Positions 1 to 18,655 of a DNA stretch of 64,000 nucleotides are shown one piece after another. The stretch is from the human T2T-CHM13v2.0 reference genome, Homo sapiens. Position 1 is the stretch's first letter. The number at the start of each line of letters is the position of its first letter. Under the pieces are notes generated by a model. The model did not search any database. It was not told the origin of the DNA and saw only the letters and a program-made list of their open reading frames with translations. A program made the translations under genes and the position numbers. The DNA lies in assembly GCF_009914755.1 (NCBI RefSeq), contig NC_060944.1; one strand, written 5' to 3'.

Positions 1-87
1 AGTACTACACCCCTCCCTAACTTGTATTTCCAAATAAGTTATTGTGTTTTTATTGTAGAATTTAACATTTAGATTAAAAATACTTAG

Positions 88-1465
<1,378 letters not shown>

Positions 1466-2546
1466 GAATTTCCTCTCCCTTGTCTTTTGTTATGTGACAC
1501 TCTTAATTTTCTTCCTAGTCCTTTATGATTTCTCTATCTTGCCTAGTTTCTTTTATTTTGTACAAGATTCTTTCTGTGGTTTACTTACTTTCTCTTGCTG
1601 CAGTTGGTATCTTGGGCATTTTACCTATTTGTAGCTTTAGCTGCCTGCTCCCTGTAGGTGGCTCCTAATCTTATAACTGTTGTTCCAATCTGCCTCCTCC
1701 CATGGGGTCGTAGGACTCTCAGGGACATCCAACTATTGCCTGGTTCCCTGCCATGTGCTTCAGTCCCCTCTATGCATCCCCATGGGTTGTTGTTCAGTCT
1801 GTGCTTTAATATTTTTGATGAGGAGAAAATCACCCAGTCCCAAAGTGCTAGCCAGAGATTCCTCACCTCGAGTTGCAATTTGTCTTCCTCTAATTTCTCT
1901 CCTTTGGTTCTCCTCTTATCTGTCACTGAGCAAGTCTAATTCCACTCACATGACAGAGGCTTCCCTGCTTTTTCTTTTCTCCAAGTCAATCATCCAAGAC
2001 TCCTTCAAACATCTTTTCCTAAACATGGTCACATATTTCATTTCTAGCTACTTCTTGACGGGCCCTAATTTTATCACGTTTTTATCAAAATGTGGCACCC
2101 AGAATTGAACAGAAGGCTTGAAGGTGATCTGGCCTCTATAGACCATCATTTCCCTCGTTGCAGATGAGTTGTTTTCTGAATATAGACTTATTCATTTGTC
2201 TCTAGTAATTCTTCAACTGCCTTTTGGATTTCTCAATCTGGATCTCCCTAGAAACCTCAATTTATTCAAAAATGAAATAATCATACACCCACCGACACCA
2301 GCAACTGCCCCAGTCTTACAAGGCTAGCAAGTCAGGTTGCCTGCTTCCCACTCAGATAACTTGATCTCTAGCCTTATTAATTAGGGGGCAGCTATTACTC
2401 CACTTGGCTTTCATTCTCTATTTGTGTATGTGGGTTTAGGGAAGGGGACTTTTTATCCTGATACAGAATATCCATTTATTCCTGTTAATTTTTCAACTAA
2501 TGTTGGATTTTTCAAGTTGGGCTTAACTTATCTAAATCTAGGATAA

Positions 2547-2675
2547 GCTGGGCTCTGTGGCTTGCACTTGTAGTCCTATCTACTCTGGAGGCTGAGGTAG
2601 GAGGATGACATGAGTCCAGGAGGAGTTCAAGGCCAGCCTGGGCAACATAGGGTTACCCCAGCAGTAAAAAAATTA
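2547..2675 (+). mobile_element. Alu monomer (FLAM/AluJ-like)
   Basis: Single Alu arm followed by A-rich tail. Confidence 0.8.
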
Positions 2676-4169
2676 ATAAAAATAGAATAATCATCCACTT
2701 ACCCCAACCAATTCCCCCTCCCAACTTCCTTATCCTTTGGGTGGCCTTATCTGGCCCTTCTTCATGTCTGTCACCTTCTTTCTTAGTTCAAGCCCATATT
2801 CCTTAGTTCAGGTCTCTCTTACTTGCCCTAAATGGTCCTTCCAGCCTCCAGCACTTCACCCCAACTCTGAGATGGTCACTAGCTCCCATAGGTTTGCATT
2901 GTAAAATGGAAACCCTTCCCTTTGTCCAGACCATGACCTGGCCTGCCTTTCCATGTGAATCCTCAATATGCCCCAAGGGCTAAGCAGTGTTCTAATGGTT
3001 GTAGCTTGGCACAGCTGCTTTAAACCAAGTGGTTCTGTCTAAACTAAAATGCCTTTCCCCATACTCCCCAGCCAAAACTACACTCATCTTCTGCATCTCT
3101 TTCAGATGGCCCACAAAGAAAAACAGGACTTCATGTGTGTTCCTGTAATGTATAGCTTAGACCTTGAACAAAATCAGCCAGTGGCTTTGAAATTGAATAA
3201 ACAAATGAATTACTTGTCCCATTTCTTTAATTGGAAAAATAGAATTAGAAATGATTGGAAAATTATCACAGATATATATGTATTTCTAAAACTACTGGTC
3301 ATTTCTAAAGATAAGTTTTCCAAAAAAGTGAATGAATTTATTTGAGAAAATGACTAAAATACAATTCTGTGGATGTTATTTAATTTCCTCTTACATATTT
3401 AAGAAGACACCAAAGAATATAATTTGGGAGTTACAGTGCTAAGGCTTAGATAATTTAAGGTCAACAAAATTCTTAGCTTGATCTTTGAAAGAATACCTGA
3501 TCCACCAAAGAGGAGATGTGCCCCCTGCCTCAGATATTATTATGTGGAAGTGAGGAAAGCTTCATAAAATTACAGTAACATGACTTCTCTAGGGAAAACA
3601 GAGATCATCAGTTGAGGAAAGTTAACTAAGAAGTTCATTTTAAAGTAATCTAAATTTTCTTCATTACACAAATGTCTTTGGAAAGGGAATGAAAAATATA
3701 ACAAATATAAATCCTTATTTTTCATAGGAACTTTAATTTCTTTTTCCAAAGATAAATTATTCTTTGAAATAAGTATTCCTAGAACTGTTAACAGGAGGCA
3801 TTTTGAGGAAATGCTCATATTCTCATGCAAACTCAGCACTGGGGTTGTCTTAGTGCAACTAGCAAGGCTTTCTTTGCCTGTATCGTGTCCACTTCAGGCA
3901 ACAGGTAAGGAATAAAGTCATCTAAACTTACCTAAAATGTTCATGTTTTAGAATTACCCATAATTATTATCTTCATTCCTTTAATAATGTTGAAAAGGAA
4001 ATGTGTATTTTTTCCTTCCCTCCCCCATCCAGCTTTTTCTCAGGTTGTTTCCATGGTTGGGGGAAGAGGAAGGACAAGTGGGACTCCTTCCAGGGACATG
4101 GCCAGAGCAGTTGACAAGGCCAAGTGGACAGTATGAGCTGAAAGAAAGAAATTCTTCTTTGTGGACAGA

Positions 4170-4245
4170 GGAACTGCCTGTGAAGGTCTTCAGAGGCAAA
4201 TTCTACCACAGCGGAAATTCCACTTCCAGCTGGCGTGGTTTGCCT
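4170..4245. promoter_or_regulatory. Candidate immune-type promoter/enhancer motif cluster
   Basis: RUNX ACCACA 4205-4210, NF-kB-like GGAAATTCC 4213-4221, ETS CACTTCC 4221-4227, E-box CAGCTG 4227-4232, GTGGTT 4235-4240, all in non-repetitive DNA. Confidence 0.3.
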
Positions 4246-4973
4246 TGGCTTTTTAGGGTCTACCTGTCTGTAATGGTCACCCTCATCAATGCACTTAATT
4301 CCCATTTTTAACAGCAAAAATATACATTTCTAAAAGATGGCGAAAGGAAGATATTCAAGTATATAACATGCTTTACCTTAACCAAATATTGACTGAGGCC
4401 TCATAGTGTCATTTCTCGTGAACATTTAAACAAGAGCAGAATCCACCCGGGTCATCAGAGGGTATCATGTGCCTGAAACAAAATGTCAAAGCAGTGGTAA
4501 TAGGATGTAATGAGTGATGTGTGTTGTGAGAAAGACACTTGAACTAAGATCTGGAAAGTGAGGGAAGCAAAGCTCACAGGAGCAAGGGGTGCCTGCCATT
4601 GAGGACTTAGCGCACACATGGGGAGGTGAGGCAAGAGCCACCAGAGGGGCTAAAGGGGGGACAGTGATGACAAACCAAAGATGATTTGGTGATTGACAAG
4701 CCAAAGAAGACTCAGGTTTGCCACTGACCAGCACATAGCGTTAAGCAGGTTACCTCACCTCTTCCAGCTACAAAATGAGCATATTCTATTACCCCTTCAT
4801 TGGCTGTCGGGGTGATTTGAGGGAGGAGGGGGCTCAGCATAGTGCCTGGCATGGAATCACTTCTGAAAACCTGCTAGCAATTGCCTATTATGTTTTGAGG
4901 TGGATCTTAAAAGTTTGGCAGGATGGTAACAGGAGATGGCTGCGGAGGGCAAGGTATTTTAGGCTAAGCAGCC

Positions 4974-4975
<2 letters not shown>

Positions 4976-5006
<31 letters not shown>
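4976..5006. repeat. (TG)n microsatellite
   Basis: About 15 TG units. Confidence 0.95.
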
Positions 5007-5007
<1 letters not shown>

Positions 5008-5124
5008 TGGTGTGTTCAGAATATAGCATTGTGTTTGTGTGTATGTGTTCAGAATACAGCAAATACAGCAGCCCAGCCAAGGGGTATTGATGACCTGTAA
5101 GGCTTTGGGAATTATTCCATCAGG

Positions 5125-5425
5125 CAGCACTGTCCAATAGAAATATAACATGAGTTGCATATGTAATTTAAAATTTTTTGTAGTCACATTTTAGAAAGTC
5201 AAAAGCAATAGGTAAAATTAATTTTAATAAGATATCGTATTTAATTCAATATTTCAACATATGATCAATATGAAAATTTATTACTGAAGCATTTAAAATT
5301 TTTTTGTATTAAGTCTTCAAAACCTGGAGCATATTTTCTACTTACAAAGCATTCCTATTCAGACTTGCCACATTTCAGGTGCTCGATTGCCACACAGGGC
5401 CCGTGGCTGCTATATTGGATGGCTC
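5125..5425 (+). mobile_element. MER33-like hAT DNA transposon
   Basis: Starts cagcactgtccaatagaaatataa; ends with degenerate inverted terminus tatattggat. Confidence 0.75.
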
Positions 5426-6313
5426 AGCCACAGAGGGGCTTTCCTGTGATAATAGCATGGTTTTCCTTGAATGTTAGTCTTTCTCTCTCTCGTACCCCAG
5501 AGAGGGAGATGGCAATGCCTTTCTCTAGTACAATTAATTTAAAGAAAAAAAAGGAAAGGAAAAAGGGAGGGAGAAAAGAAGTACTCCAGGGCACTATCTT
5601 CACAGCTGGCCTAATCCTGAGGTTTTCACAAATGAAAACTCAAAGGGTTTTGGGAGATGCTGGAACATACTTTGACCCTTTTAGATTATACTAGCAGAGA
5701 TGCTCTAGAAATCTTGCACAAAGAAACTTATTTTACTTTGAGTAACTCCAAATTTTCCAGGTTATTAGGATTACAGAACAATGTTTTTAACACTTTCTAA
5801 GGTTGACAATTCATCGTTTTGTAGGAAAAGCTGTGGGGAAAGACTGGAGAAGCCTAGATTTGGGTTCCCCATGGTAGCTACTGACGCATTGCTGGGGTTG
5901 CTAGATAGGGAAGTACAGGGAATTGGAATGAGAAAGCTCATAGCTGGGTGAGTAAATTCTTAGCCTGAGCCAACACCAGAGATGTGGTCCAGTCATGAAG
6001 ATAACACAGGCAGGATTCAGTACCTAACAAAAATCAATCAAATTGGTCACTGAATCTTTTCATCTGTGAAGCTTAGATACACTAAGGCAGGATGAACTGA
6101 ACCAATTTTACTTCCTTTAAGAGAAGATCAGGGAAAATAATATACCCAAGATCACAATTAAGGATCCAAAGAATAATGCATCTATAGTCAACATGTACAG
6201 AATAGAAAAGAAAAGAAAGGCTTTAGTGAGAGATGAACTCCACCAGTAGCAGATTTCAAAATGGCACCCAGCAAGTGGCCTGCATGTGCAAATCTTCAAA
6301 AAAAGATTCAGTG

Positions 6314-6597
6314 GGCTGGGTGCAGTAGCTCACGTCTGTAATCCCAGCACTTTGGGAGGCCACGGCGGGCAGATCACCTGAGGTCAAGAGTTCGAGCCCA
6401 GCCTGGCCAACATGGCGAAACCCCATCTCTACTAAAAATACAAAAATTAGCCAGGTGAGGTGGCGGGAGGCGGAGGCAGGAGAATCACTTGAACCCAGGA
6501 GGTGGAGGTTGCCTTGAGCCAAAATTGCACCACTGCACTCCAGCCTAAGCAACAGGGTGAGACCCTGTATCCAAAAAAAAAAAAAAAAAAAAAAAAG
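6314..6597 (+). mobile_element. Alu (AluS-like) with small right-arm deletion
   Basis: Alu dimer, poly(A), TSD aaagattcagtg / aaagatacagtg. Confidence 0.95.
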
Positions 6598-7979
6598 ATA
6601 CAGTGATACTAGGTAATGATGAATAACGTTCATATGAACCTTCTAGATGATGCTATCAAAATATGTGGAAAAATAAGCAACTACTTCAGTTTCTAGAGTT
6701 GTGACTACTGGATTAAGAAAAATTAAATCTAGTTGTATTTCATTTTCTTCAACCTGTTATTACCTTGTAGGTTTTAATTTATAAATTTCTTTATAAGGAC
6801 TTCAGGGTTTCTATGAGAACAGCGACTCAGGATTTCTCACAACGCCTCGCACCTACTAGATGCTTACTCCGCATTTGGTTAATTCATGAATAATTCTGAT
6901 CAAGACAATCCCCTTCATAAATTTGGCTTTCCTCCATAGAAAAATTAAATTAAAATTTAAGACAATTTAGAATCCTTAAAGGTAGAAACACTTCAGTTGT
7001 CTTTAGAGAAACTCTAGTTTGTTGAGAAACCAATGTAAGTTTTAAAAGAATTTGCATTTCTCTTAGGAACACAACCCTGTTAAAGTTCAATAACCCATTT
7101 AAAACACAGGCACTTTGCTGAGGAAATGCTCTTGTGTACACATGCGGTGACACTGGCCCAGGAAGGTCAGGACAGCATCCCAAGTTGTTCCAGCTGCTTA
7201 ACCCGGACTCGCAGGGAAGTCTCAGTCAGTCTGTTTCTGTTTTTAATATGTCATTATATTTCTTCTTACGGAAAAGCACCATTTGTAAGTGGCTATAGTG
7301 TTTTTGTTTCTGTAGTAATATCTTAGTTTCTGTAAGATGTCGTAGCATATGTCATACATATTCAGTGCAAATTCAGTTTTGTGTCTATTTTTTAGATTGT
7401 TTGGGTTTGGCTGTTTATTGTAGTTTTCAAGTAAAAACCCCTTTGGAAGTTGACCAGTAGCATTTTGCCTGGTGAGTTTTTTTTCCCCTCAGGTCCTCAG
7501 AAAATTTAGTTTTAAATACTTGTGGATGCTACTGAAGCAATATTAATGAAAATTGGATTTTTTATTGCCCTCTATTTTGCCCGTGAGATAAGGGTGTCAG
7601 AGATCTAAAACAATACAGTCTGATGTTAGAAGGGGTTCTAGGCTGGAAAACAGCCTAACTATTGAGATCCTGCACGTGACAGCAAATCCCCTTCTCTATA
7701 AGACCAAACAAACATTTTTTTCCGCCTCCTTAGAGTGCCATTGTGTCAAATCCAAATTGGAAATATGTCCTAGAATGCTAAAACTCAGTCAACAAATGTT
7801 AAAATGCACACACCTACCCCATGCATCATGGGCAAAGGAAAAAAAGACCAGCACCCCCAAACAACACACACTGAAGTAACATCACTAAGCTCCAGAAGCT
7901 CTATGTTTAAGGGTCCACAGTGTCATCATTTAAGGATTTTTCAAATAGACAAAATGGCACATGAAAATATGAAATAAAG

Positions 7980-8150
7980 GGCTGGGCGCAGTGGCTCAGC
8001 CTATAATCTTGCAGTGAGCCGAGGTTGCACCATTGCATTCCAGCCTGGGCGACAGAATGAAGCTGTCTAAAAAAAAAGAAAGAAGAGAAGAGAAAGAAAG
8101 AGAAGAGAAGGAAGAAAAGAGCAAAGAAAAAAAAGAAAAGAAAAGAAAAG
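7980..8150 (+). mobile_element. Internally deleted Alu with purine-rich tail
   Basis: First ~30 nt of Alu joined directly to ttgcagtgagccgag of the right arm. Confidence 0.85.
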
Positions 8151-9899
8151 TAGGTTAGGGCAAAGTGTAACACACACAGGCACGTACACATCCAGGAGGA
8201 ATGTATATAGGAGTTTGACCTTTTCTGTTTTGTAAAATGAAGGATTTGGTCCATAGTAAAGATTTTCAAAATGGGCCTCTATATGGACTTATTCTCAGGA
8301 ATTCACATATCCTCCTTTTGGAATGTCTGAAATCCAGTATGTTTTTATATCAAGGATAACATTTACTAATTAATCAAATTACATTCTGGACTAACTACAG
8401 CAATGTTTTTCAAGCTGTAGGTCATGATCCCCCAGTGAACTGTGGTTCATTAAGGGGTGAAGTTGGGTATATCCAGCGTTGTTTTAAATAAAAGTGAAGA
8501 AAATGGAAAATATTAGAGTGTACGGTTGGTAGTAACAGTTAAGTATTGTTCTACAAAATGTTTGTTTCTGTTTTGTATGCATATGCCTGGGTATGGATCA
8601 TGATGTGAAATATATTTATTACCATGGATGGATGGTCAAACGTGTTTGAAAGCTATGAGTCAATAGATTCCTGTTCTCGACCTTCAGTGCACATTGGAAT
8701 CACGCAGGGAGCTTCAAAAATAGGGTTCCCATCCCCAAATTGATTTGGGATGTACTCTGGGCTTGGAGCTTGCTTAAAGCTTCACAGGTGTGCAGCCAGG
8801 TTGGAGAATCCCAAAGAATTGAGCCTTGGGACCAAGTTCTGCCAAGTAATTTCAGTGTCTGCCTCTGAGTTTGAGTTTATTTAATTTGCCTTGGGGCCAA
8901 ATCATCCCATAAACTGAGATTGTTGCAAGGTATGAAGATGGTCAGGGGAGACTTCACACAGAGTCAATGTTTTTTGTTTTTTGTTTTCCCCAAAGTGAAG
9001 GCCAAATGCAGTGTAATGGGGGAGGATGAATGAAAGCTGCCCAGTAGTTCAGATAGAGAAATGTAGTGGGAGAATTCAAAGAAAGAGTGAAAGAGATTGG
9101 AATAATTTGAATTGTGTGAGCAATTCCAGCTGCCATTCCACTCAGTAAGTGAGTGTCCCAGCATCAGCATAACGCAGGGCACTGGAGTCTGCTGTTCCCC
9201 CAGGTGGTCTCAGTTTATAGGTGCTTATCACTAGTGTGAGCCTCTGCACACAGCAAATTAGCTGTCAGGGTAATTTTTGACTTGTTCTCTCATGTAAGCC
9301 CTTCCTCTCTTAGAATATGCAGGCCCACCGTATTTATGATGCAAGAGTGACTTAGTTTCAGGAAAACATTATCCCTTGCATTAATTGAGTTACTTTTAAT
9401 TATATTCATTTACATTCTTGTTCTTATATAATTTACAATTGTGCTTGGTTTTATAACTATGTAAAAGCAAGAACATAGGCCATTTACACCTAGTTATTTT
9501 ATTTGCACATACTTATTTAATACCATAATATAAACCATGCAACAGGCTCCCTTTACTCTGTGTGATTTATGAAGCTCACCCTGAATACAGTGGGGCAGTA
9601 CATTGAATCCAAGACCTACCTATTAGTAAAGATTAGAAGACATTGTGAAGTGATGTCAACGTAGCTTAATGTTTATTGGGATGATTTTGAGTAGTCCTAT
9701 CTGTGTGTGAAGCAGGGGTTCAGAGGAAAATCTGGATTCAGGAGGAAAATCTGGATTAAGAAGGAAAGTGGGATTTAAATGATTCCTGAAAAATGATGAT
9801 GATCACTAACATTGACGGTGGTGGCAGTTCACATTGTTTGAGCATTTACTAAATAATCTGCAATGGACCAATGCTTTCTATGGATTATTCTACTTAATC

Positions 9900-10190
9900 T
9901 TTTTTTTTTTTTTTTTTTTGAGATGGAGCCTTGCTCTGTTGCCCAGGTTGGCGGTGTCTCAGCTCACTGCAACCTCCGCCTGCCAGGTTCACACCATTCT
10001 CCTGCCTCAGCCTCCTGAGTAGCTGGGACTACAGGCACCTGCCACCACGCCCGGCTAATTTTTTGTATTTTCAGTAGAGATGGGGTTTCACTGTGTTAGC
10101 CAGGATGGCCTTGATCTCCTGACCTCGTGATCTGCCTGCCTTGGCCTCCCGAAGTGCTGGGATTACAGGTGTGAGCCACCACGCCCGGCC
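9900..10190 (-). mobile_element. Alu (AluY/Sc-like)
   Basis: Reverse Alu with poly(T); TSD tattctacttaatcttt on both sides. Confidence 0.95.
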
Positions 10191-10944
10191 TATTCTACTT
10201 AATCTTTAGAGCAATGCTTTGAAATATAATAAATGCTATTACAATTACCCTATTTTTTTATATAAGAACCCAGGTTAAGTAATTTACCTGAGCAACTCAT
10301 CTGGGACTGAAGCCCAAGTATGTTGCATCCCAGCCCAAGAGCTGAATCTTCTCAAGGAAGAGGAGAGGGACAGGGAGGATATTCTACACCAGAAAGCTAA
10401 CATGGACCCAGGCATGAAGGAAGGGATGTGTGTGCATCTGTGTGCGAGATTTCCAGGGGAGGAGATGGAGGGAAAGTCAGAGTCCAGTTATAGAGCCTGA
10501 CAGAGGAGCCAAGACTATGAAGTATTAGGAAAGCAGTGGGAAAAAAAGAATGAGATAACCTTCTTATACCGATGTTGGGAGTTTGATAGGACATCCTGAG
10601 GATAGAACAAGCAGGAGAGTGGAGCACATGAGAAACATATTTAGAAAAGAAACACATATACGTGTGTGTGTGCACGTGTGTGCATGTGTGTTTGTGTGTG
10701 TGCGTGTAATAGGATATTGGAATGCACAGAAGCAATCTGGAAAGATATAATTTAAATTATAAAAATGCCCACTTCTGCCAAGAATATAGGAGTTAATGGT
10801 GATGGTCAAAGGGAACTTGAGCTTTGATCTAATATTTGCGTTTTCAAGCAAGGTGACTGCATTCATGCATGTACTTAGGTAATTTTGAAAAGGCTAGGAT
10901 ACTGATTCAAACAGTTAAAAATGAAATATAGGATAATATAGTAA

Positions 10945-11259
<315 letters not shown>

Positions 11260-12349
11260 TGATTAGTCCCATCTCCAGAATCCTAGACTAGAAGATTTCG
11301 GGATCCTTTTTGTAGGAAGCGATGTGATGCAAGGGATAAGGGAAGGAAATGAATTGTCACTTAACTGGTGGGGAAGACAGGATGCTTGTTAATTAGTTCC
11401 ATTCATGAAAGACCATTTAGAGTTTTTAAAATCTGAGCATTGGCACAGGGATTTAGAGGGCATTCTGGTAAAGAAATCTCCCTCCTCGGTTTCCTGGTCC
11501 AGAGGTGGAGGACCAGGAATGGGAAGGAAAGGCCATCACTGTGTTCTCATTTCGCAATGTCTCCTCCCAGAGCCAGACTAGGAAGCAAGTCCTCTGTGTG
11601 GTTGTTCATTGTGTTTTTAATATACATACAAAACCCTGAATGGTCAATTTTTGTGTTGTAGATGGAGACGAGAGATCTGGACTTCTGAACATCTACCGGA
11701 AAAGATAAAATGTGCAAGCCCTTCAGAACGCTGGGGAGGTTGGGCTGAACTGCAGTGGGAGAGGAGAAGAGATGCTGGCGTGAAGGGGTACGTAGCAGCG
11801 AGACCATAAACCCAGTGTGCGCCACCCCAGCGTTTTCTTCATTTCCAAGCTCATCAGTGTGATTGGGAATATCATGTGCTATAGTTGTGATATGTGGTCG
11901 TGGAAGGGACTTTGCTCCGACAGAGCAACAGGGAGGATGTTTTCCAGCTGCCTGAGGGATTCTGTCCATGATACACTGGCAGCAGGGCCACATCAAGATC
12001 AGGACAAGTTAGGAGCCCACGAGCATAAAGGGAAACCATTCACATTTTCAGAGCACTCATCATGGGCCAAGCACAGCTTTAAGCACTTTAATGGGTTAGT
12101 TCATTCAATTATCACAACACCACCACGAGGTGGGCACTGCTGTTGCCCCGTCTGAGGGATGACACCACTGCCGAGTACAAAGAACCTGGCAATAACTGAA
12201 AGAGGACATGGCAGTAATGATTCTACTTCTCTTTCTTCAGTTCCCACCACCTTGCTTCCTGTTCTCCACTTTTTGTAGTTTTTTTTATAATAGAATTATA
12301 AATCTTCACATTGAAAGGAAATTGCATTGATGGGATTTCAGTATAGGCC

Positions 12350-12830
12350 ACTATGGCAGATCATATTTTTCAACATGGGTCACAGTCATGGCTCCTCCAA
12401 AACCTTGCTACTCCTCCATCAAGTGGAGAGGTCTATTTTCCCTCTCCTTGAATCTGAGCAGGACACAGTGACTGCCTTGACATAAAGAATGTGGCAAAGT
12501 GATGTCGAGTGACATCAAAGTCTTGATTAGCAAAGGTGACGGGGCTTCCACGTAGCTCTCTAAATCCCTTAGGATACATGTCCTTGAGACCCAGCCACCA
12601 TGTTTCTGGGAAGCCAGGCCCTGCAGAGAGGCCACATGTAGGTGCTCCAGTTGACAGCCCCACTGACATGGGACTTAGAAGGCTGGCTCCAGCCCCCAGC
12701 CTTTGAGCTGTCCCCACTGATGCTAAATCGAGCAGAGATAAGCTGTCCCTGCTAAACCATCCCTGCTGATCCCTGCTCCTATAGCAGATTCATGAGCAAA
12801 ATAAACATTGTTGTTTTCAGCTATTTCATT
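12350..12830 (+). mobile_element. MLT1-type (MaLR) solo LTR
   Basis: MLT1 motifs ccttgaatctgagcagg, gagaggccacatgtagg, aataaacattgttgtttt. Confidence 0.7.
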
Positions 12831-13304
12831 TAAACCCACAGCAACACTGTTTGAAGTGTAAAATATCATTTTGCTTGTTTACAAGTAAGAAAACAGAAGT
12901 TGAATGAGATGAACTGACTTACCTAAGGCCACACAACTATTGAATGTGTTGCTGGAGTTTCAACCCAGAGCTGCCTGATTTCAAGCTTGTGAGGTTCACC
13001 ACTGCTCTAACTACACATTCTTTCTGGGCTGGGAGCTGGGCCTTCGCTGCCCTGTAGACACAACTGCTCTCAGAGAAAGCAAACCCTTGCAGAGTAAGAG
13101 CAATAAGAGAGAAAAATGTTAGAGAACTATTTCTGCACAATATGTTGTTGCTCTATTTCTTAATTTGGACCCTGGTTGGGTGCCTCCCTTTCTGACTTAA
13201 GTGTAGAGTTCTCTCAGGAAGCTGTCTACCTTCCCTCCATGAATTTAGATCCTGTGGTATCTGCTCATATTACACAATATTCTTTTCCTTATCATGTAAA
13301 ATAA

Positions 13305-13658
<354 letters not shown>

Positions 13659-14390
13659 CATCATTATGCGATTCTGTGATCAATGTCTCTATCCCTAGTT
13701 TTATTTCGGGAAGGCCCGGGATTGGTCTGTCTTTCCTATTCTTCACCTCTTTTCTTCTAGCAAAGACCCTTACCTGAGCAGATACCTAATAAATGCATGT
13801 TAAATAAACACCAAAGAGCATTAGATGTGAATTTTCTTGATAATAATGATGACAGAGTAAGGAAGTGCATAGTTCCAGGTATAAATACTGAAGTCTTATC
13901 ATGATGTTGTAGGTTTGTCTTTTGAGGCCAAAGATTTCTCACTTCCTCTGTCCTTCCTGTTAGATAAAACATCCCTGTGTTTGACTTTCATAAATAAATA
14001 ACTTCAATAAAATGCAGTTGTAAAATAAACAATAATAGGAACTGCCACAGGACTCTGAGATACGATATTTCATTAGGTTATCCGAGCAAAAAATATTTTC
14101 AAGAGGGGAAAAGCCAATATATAACATTGGAGAACTGATGACCACATCATCCGTTGTCACATTTAATCATCACGACAGCCCTATACAGGTGGGATTGTTA
14201 TTATTCTCATTTTACAGATGGGAAAACTGAGTCTCATGAGGTTAGGTCACTTGCCCTACATCACCCAGTTAGGCAGTATCAAGGCGGAATTTGGAGCAGG
14301 CCGGGTGACTTCACTGGGCCCTGTCCCGAGCACCCCGTGCTTAGGTGACCTACATGCTTGGCAGAAAGAGCTGCCCCTACCAGGTATGGC

Positions 14391-14530
14391 CAGGCCAGGT
14401 GTGGTGGCTCATGTCTGTAATCTCAGCCCTTTGGGAGGCCAAGGCAGGAGGATTGCTTGAGGACAGGAGTTCAAGATCAGCTTGGGCACTATCTCTACAA
14501 AAAGTTTCTTTAAAAAAAAAAAAAAAAAGT
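14391..14530 (+). mobile_element. Alu left monomer (FLAM-C/AluJ-like)
   Basis: Single arm plus poly(A). Confidence 0.85.
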
Positions 14531-15335
14531 ATACCTAGAGTTCCTGGGGCTTGGCCTCCCTCCCTTCCCCTTGCCACAGTGTGACTAAAGGTCTGGAGTG
14601 AGGCTGTGTTATAGAAAGGCAGGCTGGAGGGATGACATCACTGAAGAATTCCTTGGCAAGCAGTCAGTCAGCCACCTTTGGGTAGTCCCTACTTTCACCT
14701 GGGTCGCTAGGGTTGGTTAATTTTTAATACCAACTGAGTGACCCATCCCCTTCTCCACCTTGACTGAGTCCTGAAGGCCCCCTCAAAAGCTAGGTTTTAG
14801 TGCCCTATTTCATGGTACACCAAGGAGTGCTCTGGCACCATCTAGAGCAAGCCCTAGTCATCTGCATACCTGAGCGAAGTCTTCCAGCCCCTGCTGGACC
14901 CTGTTGGAAACAATGTATCCTCTCTTGGACACAGTCCATGCCTTAGACCTATACTCCAAGGAGCACAACCTGACCAGCCTCTCCCACTAGACCCCTCTTT
15001 TATCTTCTCTTGTTCTCGGGCTTCTCCTGCCCTCAGTGCAATAGAACTTCATTAACTAAATACAATTAACCGAGAATGCTTTATTGTTCCTGTTGTTCTA
15101 CCTGCTCACTGATTAGTGAAAAAGGCCAGCACTGCCATCTGTGGGCTGAGAATTGTAAAGTGACTTAATGAAGATGAAATGTATTCCTTTCTCTTCATTC
15201 TCTTTTACCTGTCTATTTTCCTCGATTCTACCCTGTTCTTTCAACCCTAGCAGATGCAGCTTAGAAGCCTGATAATAATAAGGATAAGCAAGTCTTGCTG
15301 GAAAATAACTAGCATTTATTGAAAGCTTGTTGTGT

Positions 15336-17062
<1,727 letters not shown>

Positions 17063-17441
17063 AGGTAGGCACTATTCTTATCCTTATTTTACAGATGAGA
17101 AAACTGAAGCACTGAGAAGTCAAGTTACCTGTGTGTCATGGCGTCTGGCACATTCAAGTGTTCAGTGAGTGTTAGTTACTATTTATTACAATGAGACTTA
17201 GCTTTGGTCAAAAATTGGGATGCGGGTATTTATATGGGCAGGGATGCCCTGAAGCACAATGAGGGAGTAGGGAGTGGCATACGGAGGGCAAAGAGGCCAT
17301 ACAGTCTGTGACATGAGCAGGTTACCACTGTGGGCACCAGGGCTCAATCCCACCATCACTGCGACAGACTGTGTAGGATTCATCTTCGAATAGTCCAACT
17401 ATGGGACTCAGAAGTTAGGATATTCCTGAAAGAAGTTATAG

Positions 17442-18470
<1,029 letters not shown>

Positions 18471-18655
18471 ACTTTTTAAAAAGCAACGATGAACATCATG
18501 ATTATATCCTGTACGTTGCCACCCATTTTTCCAGGGAAGGAAAGAGGAGAAACCTACTATAAACTATTCCCCCTGGCTTCCTGTACTTCCCCTTTGCTCT
18601 GGCATCAGCTTTTACGTGTGCAACAAAACATCTCCAAACTCAGTAGGAAAACTGA

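Noticed and set aside
6855-6880. Minus-strand splice donor GA|GTAAGC
   Set aside because: Falls in an L2/MIR-like remnant; no linked exon evidence
9721-9776. Short ~19-bp tandem duplication (gaggaaaatctggatt); similar ~32-bp duplication at 5010-5060
   Set aside because: Simple slippage duplications with no spacers; not CRISPR-like
11727-11834. 12/13-bp inverted repeat about 80 nt apart as a possible structured RNA
   Set aside because: No sno/tRNA/miRNA boxes or extended stem visible
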